Assembly (NCBI RefSeq): GCF_006345805.1
Contig: NC_042997.1
Location: 204,290,001 to 204,354,000, forward strand
DNA: 64,000 nucleotides
Direction of reading: 5' to 3'
Source: Octopus sinensis
Taxonomy: Eukaryota
The notes beneath the pieces were generated by a model. That model had not been told where the DNA came from. It saw only the letters and a list, made by a program, of their open reading frames with translations, and made no database searches. Shown piece by piece: positions 1-12,626 of this stretch (the first letter of the stretch is position 1; each line of letters opens with the position of its first letter). The translations under genes and the position numbers were made by a program.

Positions 1-313
1 GCATCTGACGATTGTTTCGCAGAAGAGTTGCCCCTATAATGGAATCCTATATTGATAAGCATTTATATATATTGCTTGTATTAAATATATAAATACTTTA
101 ATAGTATTAATATTTTGATACAATTGAGCACTCAATATAAATTCAGTACATAATATTCTTATTGAATATATTTACCTAAAGATTTAAACACAAACATTTA
201 CTCACTATAAACAAGTCCTTTGTGTGGTTGTTTGGCAAGAAACTGCTGAACCCTCATATGATGGGAGAGTCCATGATATAGAAAGAGAGAGAGAGAAACA
301 CAAAGGCCAATAA

Positions 314-725
314 GGCAGCGAACTGGCAGAAACATTAGCATGCCAGGCGAAATGCTTAGCGGTATTTCGTCTGCTGCTACGTTCCGAGTTCAAATTCCGC
401 TGAGGTCGACTTTGCTTTTCATCCTTTCGGGGTCAATTAAATAAGTACCAGTTACACACTGGGGTCGATATAATCGACTTAATCTGTCTGTCTGTCTGTC
501 CTGGTTTGTCTCCTCTGTGTTTAGCCCTTTGTGAGTAGTAAAGAAATAGGTATTTTGTCTACCGTTATGTTCTGAGTTCAAATTCCGCCGAGGTCGACTT
601 TGCTTTTCATCCTTTCGGGGTCGATAAATTAAGTACCAGTTATGCACTGGGGTCGATGTAATCGACTTAATGTCCTTGTTTGTCCCTTCTATGTTTAGCC
701 CCTTTTGGGCAATAAAGAAATAAGA
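314..725 (+). mobile_element. tRNA-derived SINE family B, head-to-tail dimer (other copies 5270-5505+, 9010-9200+, 17590-17795-, 20170-20340-, 21030-21196-, 24855-25225+, 34465-34670+, 52385-52620+, 53800-53960-, 55370-55590-, 62865-63080+)
   Basis: A-box-like agctggcagaa, B-box gagttcaaattcc, shared body gaggtcgactttgcctttcatcctttcggggtcgataaattaagtaccag, and tail gtaaagaaataag. Confidence 0.85.
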
Positions 726-778
726 AACACAAAGGCCAATGAAACACATCTGGGCTTAACATACTTACAAAATAATTA

Positions 779-1075
779 CATCATCATCATCGTTTAATGT
801 CCATTTTCCATGCTAGTACGGGTTGGACAGTTCCACTGGGGTCTGGGAAGTCAGGAGGCTGCACCAGGCTCCAGTCTGATCTGGCAGTGTTTCTACAGCT
901 AGATGCCCTTCTTAATGCCGACTACTCCATGAGTGTAGTGGGTGCTTTTTACGTGCCAGGGGAGGCTGGCAACGGCCATGATTGGTTGGTGCTTTTTACG
1001 TGCCACCAGCACAGAAGCCAGTTAAGGCGGCGCTGGCATCGGACACATTCGGATGGTGCATTTTACGTGCCAGAG
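779..1075 (-). mobile_element. RTE LINE 3'-UTR fragment (representative of more than 30 copies on both strands, e.g. 1325-1580+, 10870-11147+, 11300-11605-, 14580-14855-, 17030-17318+, 20425-20722+, 28980-29393+, 31857-32170-, 32180-32568+, 36338-37300-, 37650-37980+, 41210-41770-, 51655-52035-, 53010-53470-)
   Basis: (CAT)n-cgtttaatgtcc...ccatgctag...gatgcccttc...gtagtgggtgctttttacgtgcc matches the reverse complement of the last ~250 bp of the LINE at 48480-48710. Confidence 0.9.
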
Positions 1076-1843
1076 TATAGAATAAAGCAAACAAAAAGAA
1101 GAAATAGGATGAGAGGACAGTTAAAGTCTATTGTGCCAACTTTAGACTTGTAGTGTGGTCAGTACAGAAGAGCAGTGAGTAAACATCAGTTTGTAAAGAG
1201 CAATTCCTAAGGGAAGACAGGTAAAAGTCCATAAAGGGGGAGTGAAAGAGAATTACAGTAAAAGGGGAGGTTAATTTATACAGAAAAAAAATGAATTTAT
1301 GTAATGGGAGAAAGATTTTTAGTATTTGACTGCCTCCTGTGCAGGTGGCACGTAAAAGACACCATTTGAGCGTGTCCATTGCCAGTGCCGCCTGACTGGC
1401 CCTCATGCCAATGGCATGTAAAAGCACCTACTACATTCTTGGAGGGGTTGGCATTAGGAAGGGCATCCAGCTGTAGAAACTCTGCCAGATCAGATTGGAG
1501 CCTGGTGCAGCCATCTGACTCACCAGTCCTCAGTCAAATCGTCCAACTCATGCTAGCATGGAAACGATGATGATGATGACATGCAAAAATTACATCTGAG
1601 AATCAATTGAGTAGAGAGGTCTTGTTGTGGTGTAATACAGTGAGCAGTGTGAGGCAGCGTAATTGACAAAAATGCCAATCTGTAGTGTAGGGGTCTCTAC
1701 AGATGGCAGAGCTTGGCACTGTCCTCTGATCTGTCAAACCAGGTAACTCATCTCAGCATTAAATGCAGTTGTTAAATGATGATGATGATGAGCAGGGGAA
1801 TAGATTTGCTATTTAGTTTACTGTTGTCTTTTTTCTATTTCAG

Positions 1844-1972
1844 TGAATCGTTTAGGAGAATTACGAGGCAGTAATGACCCAAACTGTACATATGAAGGAG
1901 ACAACAACGTCTTATTACGTCAGACAAGTAATTATCTTCTCAGTCTCTTTGATGAGAAACTCAAGAATCCAG
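1844..1972 (+). CDS. ACOX3: ACOX3 internal exon containing the catalytic Glu
   Basis: Pyrimidine tract + cag acceptor at 1841-1843 and G|gtaaat donor. Reads [42 protein letters not shown], matching the acyl-CoA oxidase CTYEGDN motif in its ACOX3 form. Phase 1-1. Confidence 0.95.
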
Positions 1973-2655
1973 GTAAATATTATTCTTGTAATTGAAGAAC
2001 CAGTTAATTATCATTATTGCAGCAATCATACATACGGCAAATTTACCAACTTCTCTGTAGAATGGCAGCATGCAATGTAACTGCACATTGCTGTATCCAC
2101 TGTTTCTTGGTGATTCCCTATTCCTGGCAGATTACACCTTTGTACCATTGAGGCAAGAACCTTCTAATCTATGGGGTCTGTTTGGGTAGTCCATTGCTAG
2201 TGAAAGTTTTATGGGGTCAAAGTGCAAATCCAACCTCAACCACTTTTAATTTCCTTTTTTCCAACACCCAGAAGAAATGAGGCTGAGAAAAATGATGAAC
2301 AGCCTTAATCCATTTTCAACCCTTATTGAGACTCCCCATATAAGAGGAGTAAGAATTCTTTGAAGTGTAACGTAAAAGATATTAATGATGATATAGAAAA
2401 TAAGTTAGAAGATGGAAGAATCATTTTTTAAATTTTGTATTTAAAGATGTATGTGTGGCTGTGTTGTTAAGAAACTTGCTTCCTAACCAGGTGGTCTTGG
2501 GTTCAATCTTACTGCATCGTACTTTAGGCAAGTGTGACATTTACTTTAGCCATGAGTGTACCAATGCCTTGTGAGTGGATTTGGTAAATGGAAAGTAAAA
2601 GAAGCTGTGATATCTATCTATCTATCTATCTATCTACCTACCTACCTGCCTGCCT

Positions 2656-2686
<31 letters not shown>

Positions 2687-5600
2687 TTGAACAGTGAAAA
2701 TGAGTGCTCAACACTGCATTGGTGGATAAATATTCTTTATTACCAATGGTTTCATGTAAAGAGATTTCTTTACAATTTTCATGCATACTACATGGGAATG
2801 TTGGCACTCATCTCTTATTTTGGATGAGAATACACAAAGTCACACAAGTCTATACAAGATTTTAAAATCTATCAATAAATAAATATATAGATCATAAGAG
2901 GTAAGTTATAAAGAAATCTTAATTGTTGTCCCCTTTGCATTAGCCTATTATTTTTAAAGTATAAAATGAATGATAAATATAATATAAGTAAAAACTCTAC
3001 GTACATTTCATGGCTATAATTAAATTCGAATTACAATTAAGTTTAAATTCAATTGAAATAAATTTGAATTAAAATTATAGCCAATCTTCAGGTTAATGAT
3101 AATAATTAAATAAATAAGCAAATAGAGTTAAACAATATTTATTTAAGAAATAAATAAAATAATAATTTTTCTTATAGAAAAACTCCATTATCTGAATTAG
3201 AAACTTAAAGCATTAGATTATTTCCTACAACCCATTTATTATGTTAAATATTTATTTTTAAGGTAAAAAAAATAGATAGAAATATGTATTTATCTATGAA
3301 GATATAATATGGCTTTAAAAACACATAATAAACTCTTGAATATCCTTAACTTAGTTATAGTCCAATATTTAATTACCAAATTATTTAACAAAATAATCAC
3401 TATCAACAAATATAGTAATTAAAATCTAAAATTTACTCTATCAATAAATATATAGACATATAATGAAAAATATATAAATTAATTAGTCCATTATTACTTA
3501 CATAAATATTATAAATATCAATATAATATATTTATGAAATACATTTAAAAATTAAAAACGTATAACCTATCTTAAAAGAACCATATAACTATTTTACGAT
3601 CTATATACCTCAGTGACTAAGTAATATCTTACAGTTATAATCTAATAATTAAATACATATCATCAACAACTAAATAATTATAGATTCAAATTAACAATCG
3701 GTAGTTATATAGTATACAATACAATAAAACTTCTTAAAATATCTTAAATAGAAAAGGTTTACTTAGCTTTCAAAAACCGTGTCATTAACTAAAATTTTAA
3801 AATGAAAAACGTCTTTTAAGCATTTATAAGAATACTCGTGGAATTACGTTATTAACAGAAATAGAATAAACAGATGGAAAAATTCTTTTAACAATGAAAA
3901 CTACGAATATATTTTATCAATGGAAAATACCGCTATATTTTAGCTTTAATAGATAAAGAGAACAAAGTCACTAATAGAGAATATAATCACTATATACTAT
4001 ATCTTTCACTATAACCCTAAAATTTATAATTAACTACAATAAATTATACTCAAAACTCTATAAATTAAATAATTTATATAACTACCATTTACTGTATATA
4101 CTCTAAAAATCTTATAAAAATTAATTTTATATATAAAAAGGTTACGTTGGAGTCAAATCTTTATTTAAATAAAAGAGCTTTTAGACACATTCAAAATTAA
4201 CTCAGTAGTAATTTAAACATTATCTATATTATGACCACTAATTAATCAACTAAATTAATTTAAAACTATAATGTAATAAAATTCATTAATATAATATTAA
4301 TTAATTAAATAAACATCTAAATAAATCTACTTCGAAATATATAATAAACACATTTTGATTAATTAAAAAAATTTATTACAAACTATAAACTTAACTGTAA
4401 TATAAAATAAATATATATTATATATCATATTAATACTCAAAACAAATTCTAAATAATAATAAATTAAACTTATTATATAGGTAGACTAATTTATATTTAG
4501 ATCAAATACTTCATTCTTTAATTGAATAAATAAAGTAAATATTATCATTATAAATAAATATTACATAAAGAAAAAAATTATTATCCTACACATTCAAAAT
4601 TATTAATTTAACATTACTAAAACTATATATACTTAATACTATCAATTTTAGTAGACATATAATAATCATAATAACAATAACAATATCAACCACAAAAAAC
4701 CCCAAAAAACTATCTGTTAATCTATATTCATTAAATACATTATATATTTAGTAATAAAATAAACATCTAAATATAATCTAACTATAAGTATTTAAAGAAC
4801 CTTTACTAACTCTTATTGACTAATACTCAAACCATGTACAGAATTGCAAACACAACACTACTATAAATCACATACTAAATTTTAGAATTCATACTAGTAC
4901 AAATATAACTACACTGAGCACTGTATACAATAATTTCATTCATTCATTATTATTATAATTATAAAATCAAATATAGTCGCTATTTATCTAAAAATTTATT
5001 ATATAAGTAAAGTAATTTGTGTCTACATTTAATTTTACACTCGTCCAATGTATTCTCTAATTTATTATGATCATTAAATAATATTTCATTAAACTCACTA
5101 GAACATAAATAACAATAATTGCTACCTTATACTATATGATTTGGCCTTACAAATTATATCCCACTTTAAATTATACTTAATTCTTTGGGATTTTAATCAG
5201 TGTCTTCTTCATCATATTCATCATCATTTGATGTCTATGTTCTGTGCTGGCATAGGTTGGATGGTTTAACGGCGGCGAGCTGGCAGAAACGTTAGCACGC
5301 CAGGCGAAATGCTTTGCGGTATTTCGTCTGCCATTGCGTTCTGAGTTCAAATTCCGCCGAGGTCGACTTTGCCTTTCATCCTTTCGGGGTCGATAAATTA
5401 AGGACCAGTTACGCACCGGGGTCGATATAATCAACTTAATCCGTTTGTCTGTCCTTGATTGTCCCTTCTATGTTTAGCCCCTTGTGGGTAGTAAAGAAAT
5501 AAGTTTAACATACAATCTGCCCTTCGTGTTGAGGGAGAAGATCTTTGCTGTCAGCAGAGGTAACAACTTCCTAAACTTTTCCAATCTATTCTTATCCTGA

Positions 5601-5800
5601 TTATTGTACATTCTAAACAATCACTTCTGCTATTAATTTTGTCACCTAGCTAACAAGAGCTATTAACTAGATCTAGTGAGCCCAGCAGTGGAGAGTCTGT
5701 TTCTGGTGTGTTCTTTGTGTGTATTACTCATGAGCATTTACCATATACACAGCTTACTTTCACGGTTAGCATTTCATTTCTAACTTTTTTCTTCTTTCAG

Positions 5801-5911
5801 CAACAATCATCAGTTCTCCTATAAAGTCTGTTGATTTCATTAATGATTATGAACAAATTCTTCAAACTAGATTTGAAGCTAGATCTATAGAAGACTGCAA
5901 GAATCCCCTGA
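5801..5911 (+). CDS. ACOX3: ACOX3 internal exon
   Basis: ctttcag acceptor and A|gtaagt donor. Reads ATIISSPIKSVDFINDYEQILQTRFEARSIEDCKNPL (compare vertebrate ACOX3 SPLKSVDFL). Phase 1-1, in frame with neighbours. Confidence 0.93.
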
Positions 5912-7753
5912 GTAAGTATAAAAATGATTTTATTAAAATATCTGTAACGGTTAAGATTGATTAGGTACACATATTAATGTGAAATGTTGGAGTCAGCAGT
6001 TGTAACGATAAAAATTCGTTGTTATAATGGCATGTTGTAAGATGTGAAAGATGAACAATGCATAAAGTTTTAAGGAAATATTTATTTTTACCATTACATT
6101 ATACAATACCTTACCTCGATGGGCAGGTGATGAAATCGTAAAGCATCCAAAGTGAAGATAGATGTAGAGTTTGTGTTCTCGTCATTGTGTAGTAGTGGTT
6201 ACAGAGAGAGAGATAGACTGATGTTGTAAGAGAACAGAATTAGAGCTAGTGAGAGTGAGAGAGTGTGGGATGAAACAACTGCTTTGTTGGTGTGATACCA
6301 TAGTTGTTGTAGCCGGTCAGCCAGACTCCGTTCTCACTAACTGAGTTGTCACCAAGCAACCACTGTTTTTTGTTTGTGGGTTCTTGTTTTTATAACTATC
6401 CAGAAGGATAGACATATCATTGAGAACAATAGATTTAGTTGGTGATCTTGTTTATCTTAATTCTAGCTTTTGGTGAAATAGAAGAGATTAGAAAGGGTCA
6501 AGTGGTGAAGACATTATTTTGGCCTAGCTAAAGGCATCTGGCAAATGTAAAACTGCTGTCACAGAAAAAACCCATTGTTTCACTGTGAGAAAAGTTCTGT
6601 TGAAGTGTTAATTTAAATTTGGCTATGGTGGATCGAATCCACTTCATGCATGCAAGATTCACTTACATATCTAGGTACAAGTATGGCTGTGTGGTAAGAG
6701 GTTTGCTTCTCAACCACATGGTTCTGGGTTCAGTCCCACTGCATGACACCTTGGGCAAATGTTTTCTACTATAGCTTCAGGCTGACTAAAGCCTTGTAAG
6801 TGGATTTGGTAGATGGAAACTGAAAGAAGCCTGTTGCATATATCATCATTGTCATCATTTAATGTCCGTTATCCATGGTGGCATGGGATGGATGGTGTGG
6901 CCAAGTGATGGGGGTGGGGGGGTTGCACCAAACACCAGTCTGATGGCTGGATGCCCTTCATAATACCAATCACTTTACTGAGTGTGCTGAATGCTTTTAA
7001 TGTGGCACCACATGTGCACTTTTATGTGGCGCTGCATGGGCGCCTTTATGTGTTGCTGCACAGGTGCTCATACACATTGCCACACAAGCACCACCATGAG
7101 TGTTTTTCACAACCAGAAGGATCAGTGTTAACATTTCTACTGCGAGGCATGGGTCTTCTTGAGTACAGCAAGGGGCCAGGTGTCCTGGTCCTTTGTCATC
7201 TCACCTGAAAGGTTCAGCTTCCTGAGGTTGATCTTCAGTACTTCATTCTATGTCTTCCTGGGTCTCCCACTTCCACGTGATCCGTCCACTATGAGCTCCT
7301 GTGAAACTGTCCAACCCATGCCTGCATGGAAAGCAGACATTAAATGATGATATATATATGTATATTTATGTGTGTTTGTGTTTGTCCCCCACTGTCACTT
7401 GACAACCAGTGTTGGTTTGTTTATGTCCCTGTAACTTAGTGATTTGGCAAAAGAAACAGATAGAATAAGTATCAGTCTTAAAAAAAAAAATAAGTGGTGG
7501 GGGTCAATTCATTTGAATAAAATTTCTTCAAGGCAGTGCTCCAGCATGGCCGCAGTCTAATGACTTGAAACAAGTAAAAGATAAAAGCTAAAGAGACCTC
7601 TCAACATCTGTTCCCAAATAAATACACAGTTGAGACGGGGGTGGAGATGCCTTTTCTTTCCTTTGTCTTGAAAGTCTTGCACTACTGTCAGTGTCATGAA
7701 AAAAGCATCCGGTACATTCTATGAAGTGGTTGGCATTAGGAAAGGTATTCAGC

Positions 7754-8270
7754 TGTAGCGTGTAGCCATTTTTAAATAGTAACACCAATTTGTGGTAGCT
7801 GGCAATATGATGTAATGTCGTATTGCCGAAGAAATATGTTTGTCGTTTTTCCATTGGTTAATATAACTGCTTATATAGGAATTCTAAGAATATTTTTATG
7901 GGATTTCGATTCTTTAAAGTCAAGTTGAGCAGTTATAAAAACCCTGGATTTTGGGAAAAACTTCAGTGTTTGTTGGATTTTCCTTGGACACGGCATAAAA
8001 AATAGCCAATGTCTCAAAGGAGTGAGTGTCGTGGAGTTTAGTTACATCCAACCAACACTGAAGTTTTTCCCAAAATCCAGGGTTTTTATAACTGCTCAAC
8101 TTGACTTTAAAGAATCAAAATCACATACAAATATTCTTAGAATTCCTATATAAGCAGTTATATTAACCAATGGAAAAACAACAATCATATTTCTTCGGCA
8201 ATATGACATTACATCATATTGCCAGCTACCACAAATTGGCGCTACTATTTGAAAATGGCTACACGCTACA
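7754..8270. mobile_element. Ginger-like MITE (TGT...ACA termini, ~225-bp TIRs, 4-bp TSD CAGC)
   Basis: TGTAGCGTGTAGCC...GGCTACACGCTACA with highly similar inverted arms, and CAGC at 7750-7753 and 8271-8274. It interrupts an RTE 3'-UTR fragment. Confidence 0.85.
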
Positions 8271-9235
8271 CAGCCATAAGGAACCATATAAATACAAATA
8301 TTGGAGTTTGATGAAATCGTCTGGCTCATTGGATATTGTCAAACTGTCCAAGCCATGCCAGCACGGAATGCCGATATTAAATGATGTTGATGAGGATGGT
8401 GACTCTTTCAAAATGATACATAGATTGTTAGTTAAGTCACAGCACTTAGGAACTACGGTTCTGGTTAAAGAAATTTCTAGAGAATTTAGATCTCGTTCAA
8501 ATGTAAGTCAAAGACAAATTTTTGTGAACAAGTTTTAATTTTAGAATGATTCAGAGGCTTTCTGAAATTTGGTAAATATAGTTTTGGGAAGGATGTTGAA
8601 GAAAACAATCACTACCACCACCACCATCGCCATCATCATTTTACATCCATGTTGGCATGGGTTGGGTGGTTTGACAAGATCCAAAGAGTCCAAAGACTGC
8701 ATCACTCTCCAGAGTCTACTTTGGTATAGTGTCTGCCGCTGAATGCCTTTCTTAACACCAACCACTTTACAAAGTGCCCCAGGAGCTTTTTACATGCCAC
8801 CAGCACAAGTGAGATTGCCATAATGTTTGCAAAACTATGAATTCTTAAGAGGCAGTTTTATGCTAGGAAATAAGGGTAAACATATGAGGGAAGAGGACCC
8901 TGAAGTAGATGTGCTGCATGAAGGGAAAGGGTGTGAATTGACCGGGGTGGAGCTGGAGAGAGATGTCTCTAAATAATATTGCATGATGCTAACATTTGAT
9001 GCTGTTGCAGTGGCAGAATCATTAGCATGCCAGGCAAAATGTCTGTCTCTACATTCTAAGTTTGAATTCAGTCGAGGTCAACTTTGCCCTTCATCCATTC
9101 AGGGTCGATAAAATAAGCACCCAATGAACCCCGAGGTCAATGTAATTGACTTAACCTCTTCCCCAAAATTGCTGGCAGTGTGCCAAAATCTGAAACCAAA
9201 TATTGATGTTGTTCGTGTTGTTATTGTTGTTGCAG

Positions 9236-9538
9236 TATCCTTACATGCCTATCAATGGCTAGTCTGCAAGTTGCTGGTGGAGTGCAATGACAAGATCAGA
9301 ATGGAGTCTGAACTTCAGAGCTGCATGTTTGATGCCATAAATAACAGCCAAGTGTACCATTGTCGCAGCCTGTCACTGGCCTACATAGAACTGACTGTAA
9401 TGAAAGTGTTTTATGAATTTCTAATGAGACAGCAACAAGAATCACCCAATAGTCAAGAATTGATCCACGTCCTGACGAAATTAGTCAGCCTTTATGGTTT
9501 ATGGAGCATTGACAAACACATGGCAGCATTATACCAAG
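9236..9538 (+). CDS. ACOX3: ACOX3 internal exon
   Basis: tgcag acceptor and G|gtaagt donor. Reads ISLHAYQWLVCKLL...NNSQVYHCRSLSLAYIELTV...LVSLYGLWSIDKHMAALYQ, the ACOX C-terminal domain. Phase 1-1. Confidence 0.95.
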
Positions 9539-9782
9539 GTAAGTGGTCACCAGATTTATTACCTCCCTTCTAGTTTTCCTATTTTATACATATATACATT
9601 ACTCTATCTATATATATATCTATCTATCTATCTATATATATATGTAAAAGTAAAAAAATATACAAACTGGGACAAGAACGTGAAACATTTAGAAGACGAC
9701 ACAAAAAACACGGACGGGACATTTGAAGCCCTCAATCATCAGTCAAGAACCGGATCATCTTCGCAATTTCGGCTGATTAATC

Positions 9783-9825
<43 letters not shown>

Positions 9826-9827
<2 letters not shown>

Positions 9828-10077
9828 CGCAATGGCCCAGTGGTTAGGATCATGGTTTCGATTCCCAGACCGGGCGTTGTGAGTGTTTATTGAGCGAAAA
9901 CACCTAAAAGCTCCACAAGGCTCCGGCAAGGGGTGGTGATCCCTGCTGTACTCTTTCACCACTCTTTCTTCTGTTGGCCTGCTCGCTTAGCCAGCGGGGT
10001 GGCGTCATTCGAAGGCTAAAACAATGCGAACGCATTGTGACCAGCAATGTGTAACTACATCTGATGGACTGGTCAGT

Positions 10078-10083
<6 letters not shown>
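9826..10083 (+). mobile_element. tRNA-derived SINE (third family) inserted in (TA)n
   Basis: A box tggcccagtgg and B-box-like gtttcgattcc, with (TA)n on both flanks. Confidence 0.7.
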
Positions 10084-10162
<79 letters not shown>

Positions 10163-10234
10163 CTGTGTGTTATTTTGTTAAGGTTATTTCTACAGAAATG
10201 AGGCATTAGGTACATCTTATGGAGTTTCTACCTA

Positions 10235-10570
10235 TGCCTTTTCTACAGATCGAGCAGGGCCATCTATCTGAAGGGATTTGTGATTTATCTGCCTTCCTAC
10301 TTACTAAGACTTTAGTTTTTGCTAACTCTAAGGGCCTTCGATTCTAGACCTTGCTTCTTAACCGGGAACTTTTCTAGTTCTGATAGTGATTTAGCAGTAA
10401 GAGCAAGGTCATAAGCATAGAGGAGCTCCCAGGGGCAGCCTGTCTTGAATTCTTTTGTTATTGCCTGGACGACTATGATGAACAAGAGGGGGCTGAGCAC
10501 TAATCCTTGGTGAACCCCTACTTGTACCCTGAATTCTTTGATGTACACATTGCCAACCCTCACCTTATGA
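10235..10570 (-). mobile_element. RTE LINE RT fragment
   Basis: Minus-strand reading VRVGN...GVHQGLVLSPLLFIIVVQAITKEFKTGCPWELLYA, the same family as 47000-47340. Confidence 0.9.
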
Positions 10571-12012
10571 ATGATAATTTCTTTATATATTTTAATATGT
10601 AGATATATATACACATGTATATGTATGCATGTGTGTGTATATATATATATATACACACATATATATATACATAGATGTATGTATAAGTGATCAAAATTTA
10701 AAAAATTAGAGGATAAAAATTGGAAGATTAAAATATTGAAACATATTTTAAATTTAAAGATTAGAAATTAAACAACTGAACAATTAAAAATAAATTTAAA
10801 TTGAATTTAAAATTTTTAAGAAATAAATAATTTTTTAAAATTTGAAATGTAAGAATTCAATCATTTTTACTGTCGATGTCAGTGCTGGCTGACTGGTCCC
10901 ATGCCGATGACATGTAAAAAGCACCATTCAAGAGTGGCCGATGCCAGTACCTCCAGACTGGCTCTTGTGCCAGTGGCACGTAAAAAGCACCCATTACACA
11001 CTCGTAGTGGTTGGCATTAGGAAGGGCATCCAGCTGTAGAAACATTGCCAGATTGGATTGAAGACTGATGCAGCCTTCAGGCTCACCAGCCCTCAGTCAA
11101 ACCATCCAACCCATGCCAACATGGGAAGCAAACATAAACGACGATAAATATAATACATACATACAAATGTATGTATGTATTCACATATGTATGTATTGGC
11201 GCAACAAGATACACACCAACCCATCGGGAGCAAAGAATGGCTGAACTTGTACTCTTGGGGAGAGAAGGCAAAATCCATAATTCATATGCTCCAAATATCA
11301 CATCATCATCATCATCGTTTAACGTCTGCCTTCCATGCTAGCATGGGTTGGATGATTTTGACTGAGGGCTGGCAAACCAGACGACTGCACCAGGCTCCAA
11401 TCTTGATCTGGCAGAGTTTCTACAGCTGGATGCCCTTCCTAATGCCAGCCACTCTGAGAATGTAGTGGGTGCTTTTTACGTGCCACCGGCACGGGGCCAG
11501 TCAGGCGGTACTGGCAATGACCTCGCTCGAATCTTTTTACTCATGCCACCAGCACAGGTGCCAGTAAGGCGATGTTGGTAGCGATCACGCTCGAATGGTG
11601 CCCTTAAAAATATGCAATACCTGCTTAAGATTTAAAGGATGATGATTAAACCAAGATACTTCCTTCACAACCTTGTTACCAAGTTGGTGGCCAGTCAAAA
11701 TTTACTCTAAAAAGAGAAAACAGACAGGCATGGATGAAAACATACATATACTCATGCATCCACGTCAGAAAGGAGGAACCTAAATAGAAGATTACAGATA
11801 CAAATTATTAATGAAACTGTCAAAATTTGTAAACTTTCCTAAAGTTTAGTGTATGTGCAACTATATGTGTGAGAATACGTGCAATAAATAAAACATGAAA
11901 ATCTGCAAACGCTAACTCAAGTATTGCACATATACCTTCGATCTAGATTAGAAACTGGCTCTTTCTTTATTAGCAAGAAATCTAGAAATAAAACTGAATA
12001 ACACACACACAC

Positions 12013-12261
12013 ATCCATTACAGCTAATCTTACTAGTCAGTTTTGCACTGGATATTAGATAACCAGATAACAGCATGGTTAAGTAATACTGCGTGCTCTT
12101 CAGAGAAGACAGCTATGATCAAAATATATATGAGCATATTTATTTTTTTCCGGTATATGCCATCTCTGAAGAGCGTGTGGTATCACTTAACTATACTGGT
12201 ATATAACATTCAGTTTTAATGCTCAATGCAAAACCAATTAGTAAGATCAGCTGTCATGGAT
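12013..12261. repeat. Diverged inverted repeat / foldback MITE, ~95-bp arms
   Basis: atccattacagctaatcttactagtcagttttgca...gctcttcagaga pairs with tctctgaagagc...tgcaaaaccaattagtaagatcagctgtcatggat. Confidence 0.7.
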
Positions 12262-12471
12262 CTATAATACTGCATACTTTGATTAATGTATCCACTCTAA
12301 TGGTTAATATATGAATGCATCTTTTTTCTAACTCATGGATTCTTAGAGAACTAATGTGTGTGTGTGTGTGTGTGTGTGTGTGGTATATCATAATACTTAC
12401 TTTTGTCATAAGAATCTGTCTTGTCTTTATTGTTTTTGTATTGACATTTCTTGTCTTTTACTGATCTTCAG

Positions 12472-12626
12472 GAGGTTATTGTAGTGGAGAACTCCCAGTC
12501 AAGTGGATCCATTGTGCCATCTTGGAATTGTGTGGGGAACTGAAGGATGAAGCAGTGGCTCTTGTTGATGCTGTGGCCCCCACTGATTTCATTTTGAACT
12601 CTCCTATTGGACATTCAAACGGAGAG
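12472..12626 (+). CDS. ACOX3: ACOX3 penultimate coding exon
   Basis: ttcag acceptor and GAG|gtaaga donor. Reads GGYCSGELPVKWIHCAILELCGELKDEAVALVDAVAPTDFILNSPIGHSNGE. Phase 1-0. Confidence 0.95.

Noticed and set aside
5-30. CTGACGA at the window start as a hammerhead core
   Set aside because: No matching GAAA-palindrome-UH half was found downstream, and the upstream context is outside the window.
390-1570. Recurring short ORFs such as ...FLQLDALPNANHS..., ...YQIHSQG... and ...RPRKDERQSRPRRNLNSE...
   Set aside because: These are chance translations of RTE 3'-UTR and SINE copies, repeated throughout the window.
2860-5180. NUMT or ciliate-code (TAR=Gln) gene as a firm call for the AT island
   Set aside because: I recognised no mitochondrial gene, rRNA or tRNA motif, and the frame I followed with TAR read as Gln still hit TGA and resembled no known protein. 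Left as an open finding.
9124-9235. N-terminal part of ORF 9124-9573 (MNPEVNVIDLTSSP...)
   Set aside because: It derives from a SINE-B remnant and the intronic tract. ACOX3 similarity starts only at the 9236 acceptor.
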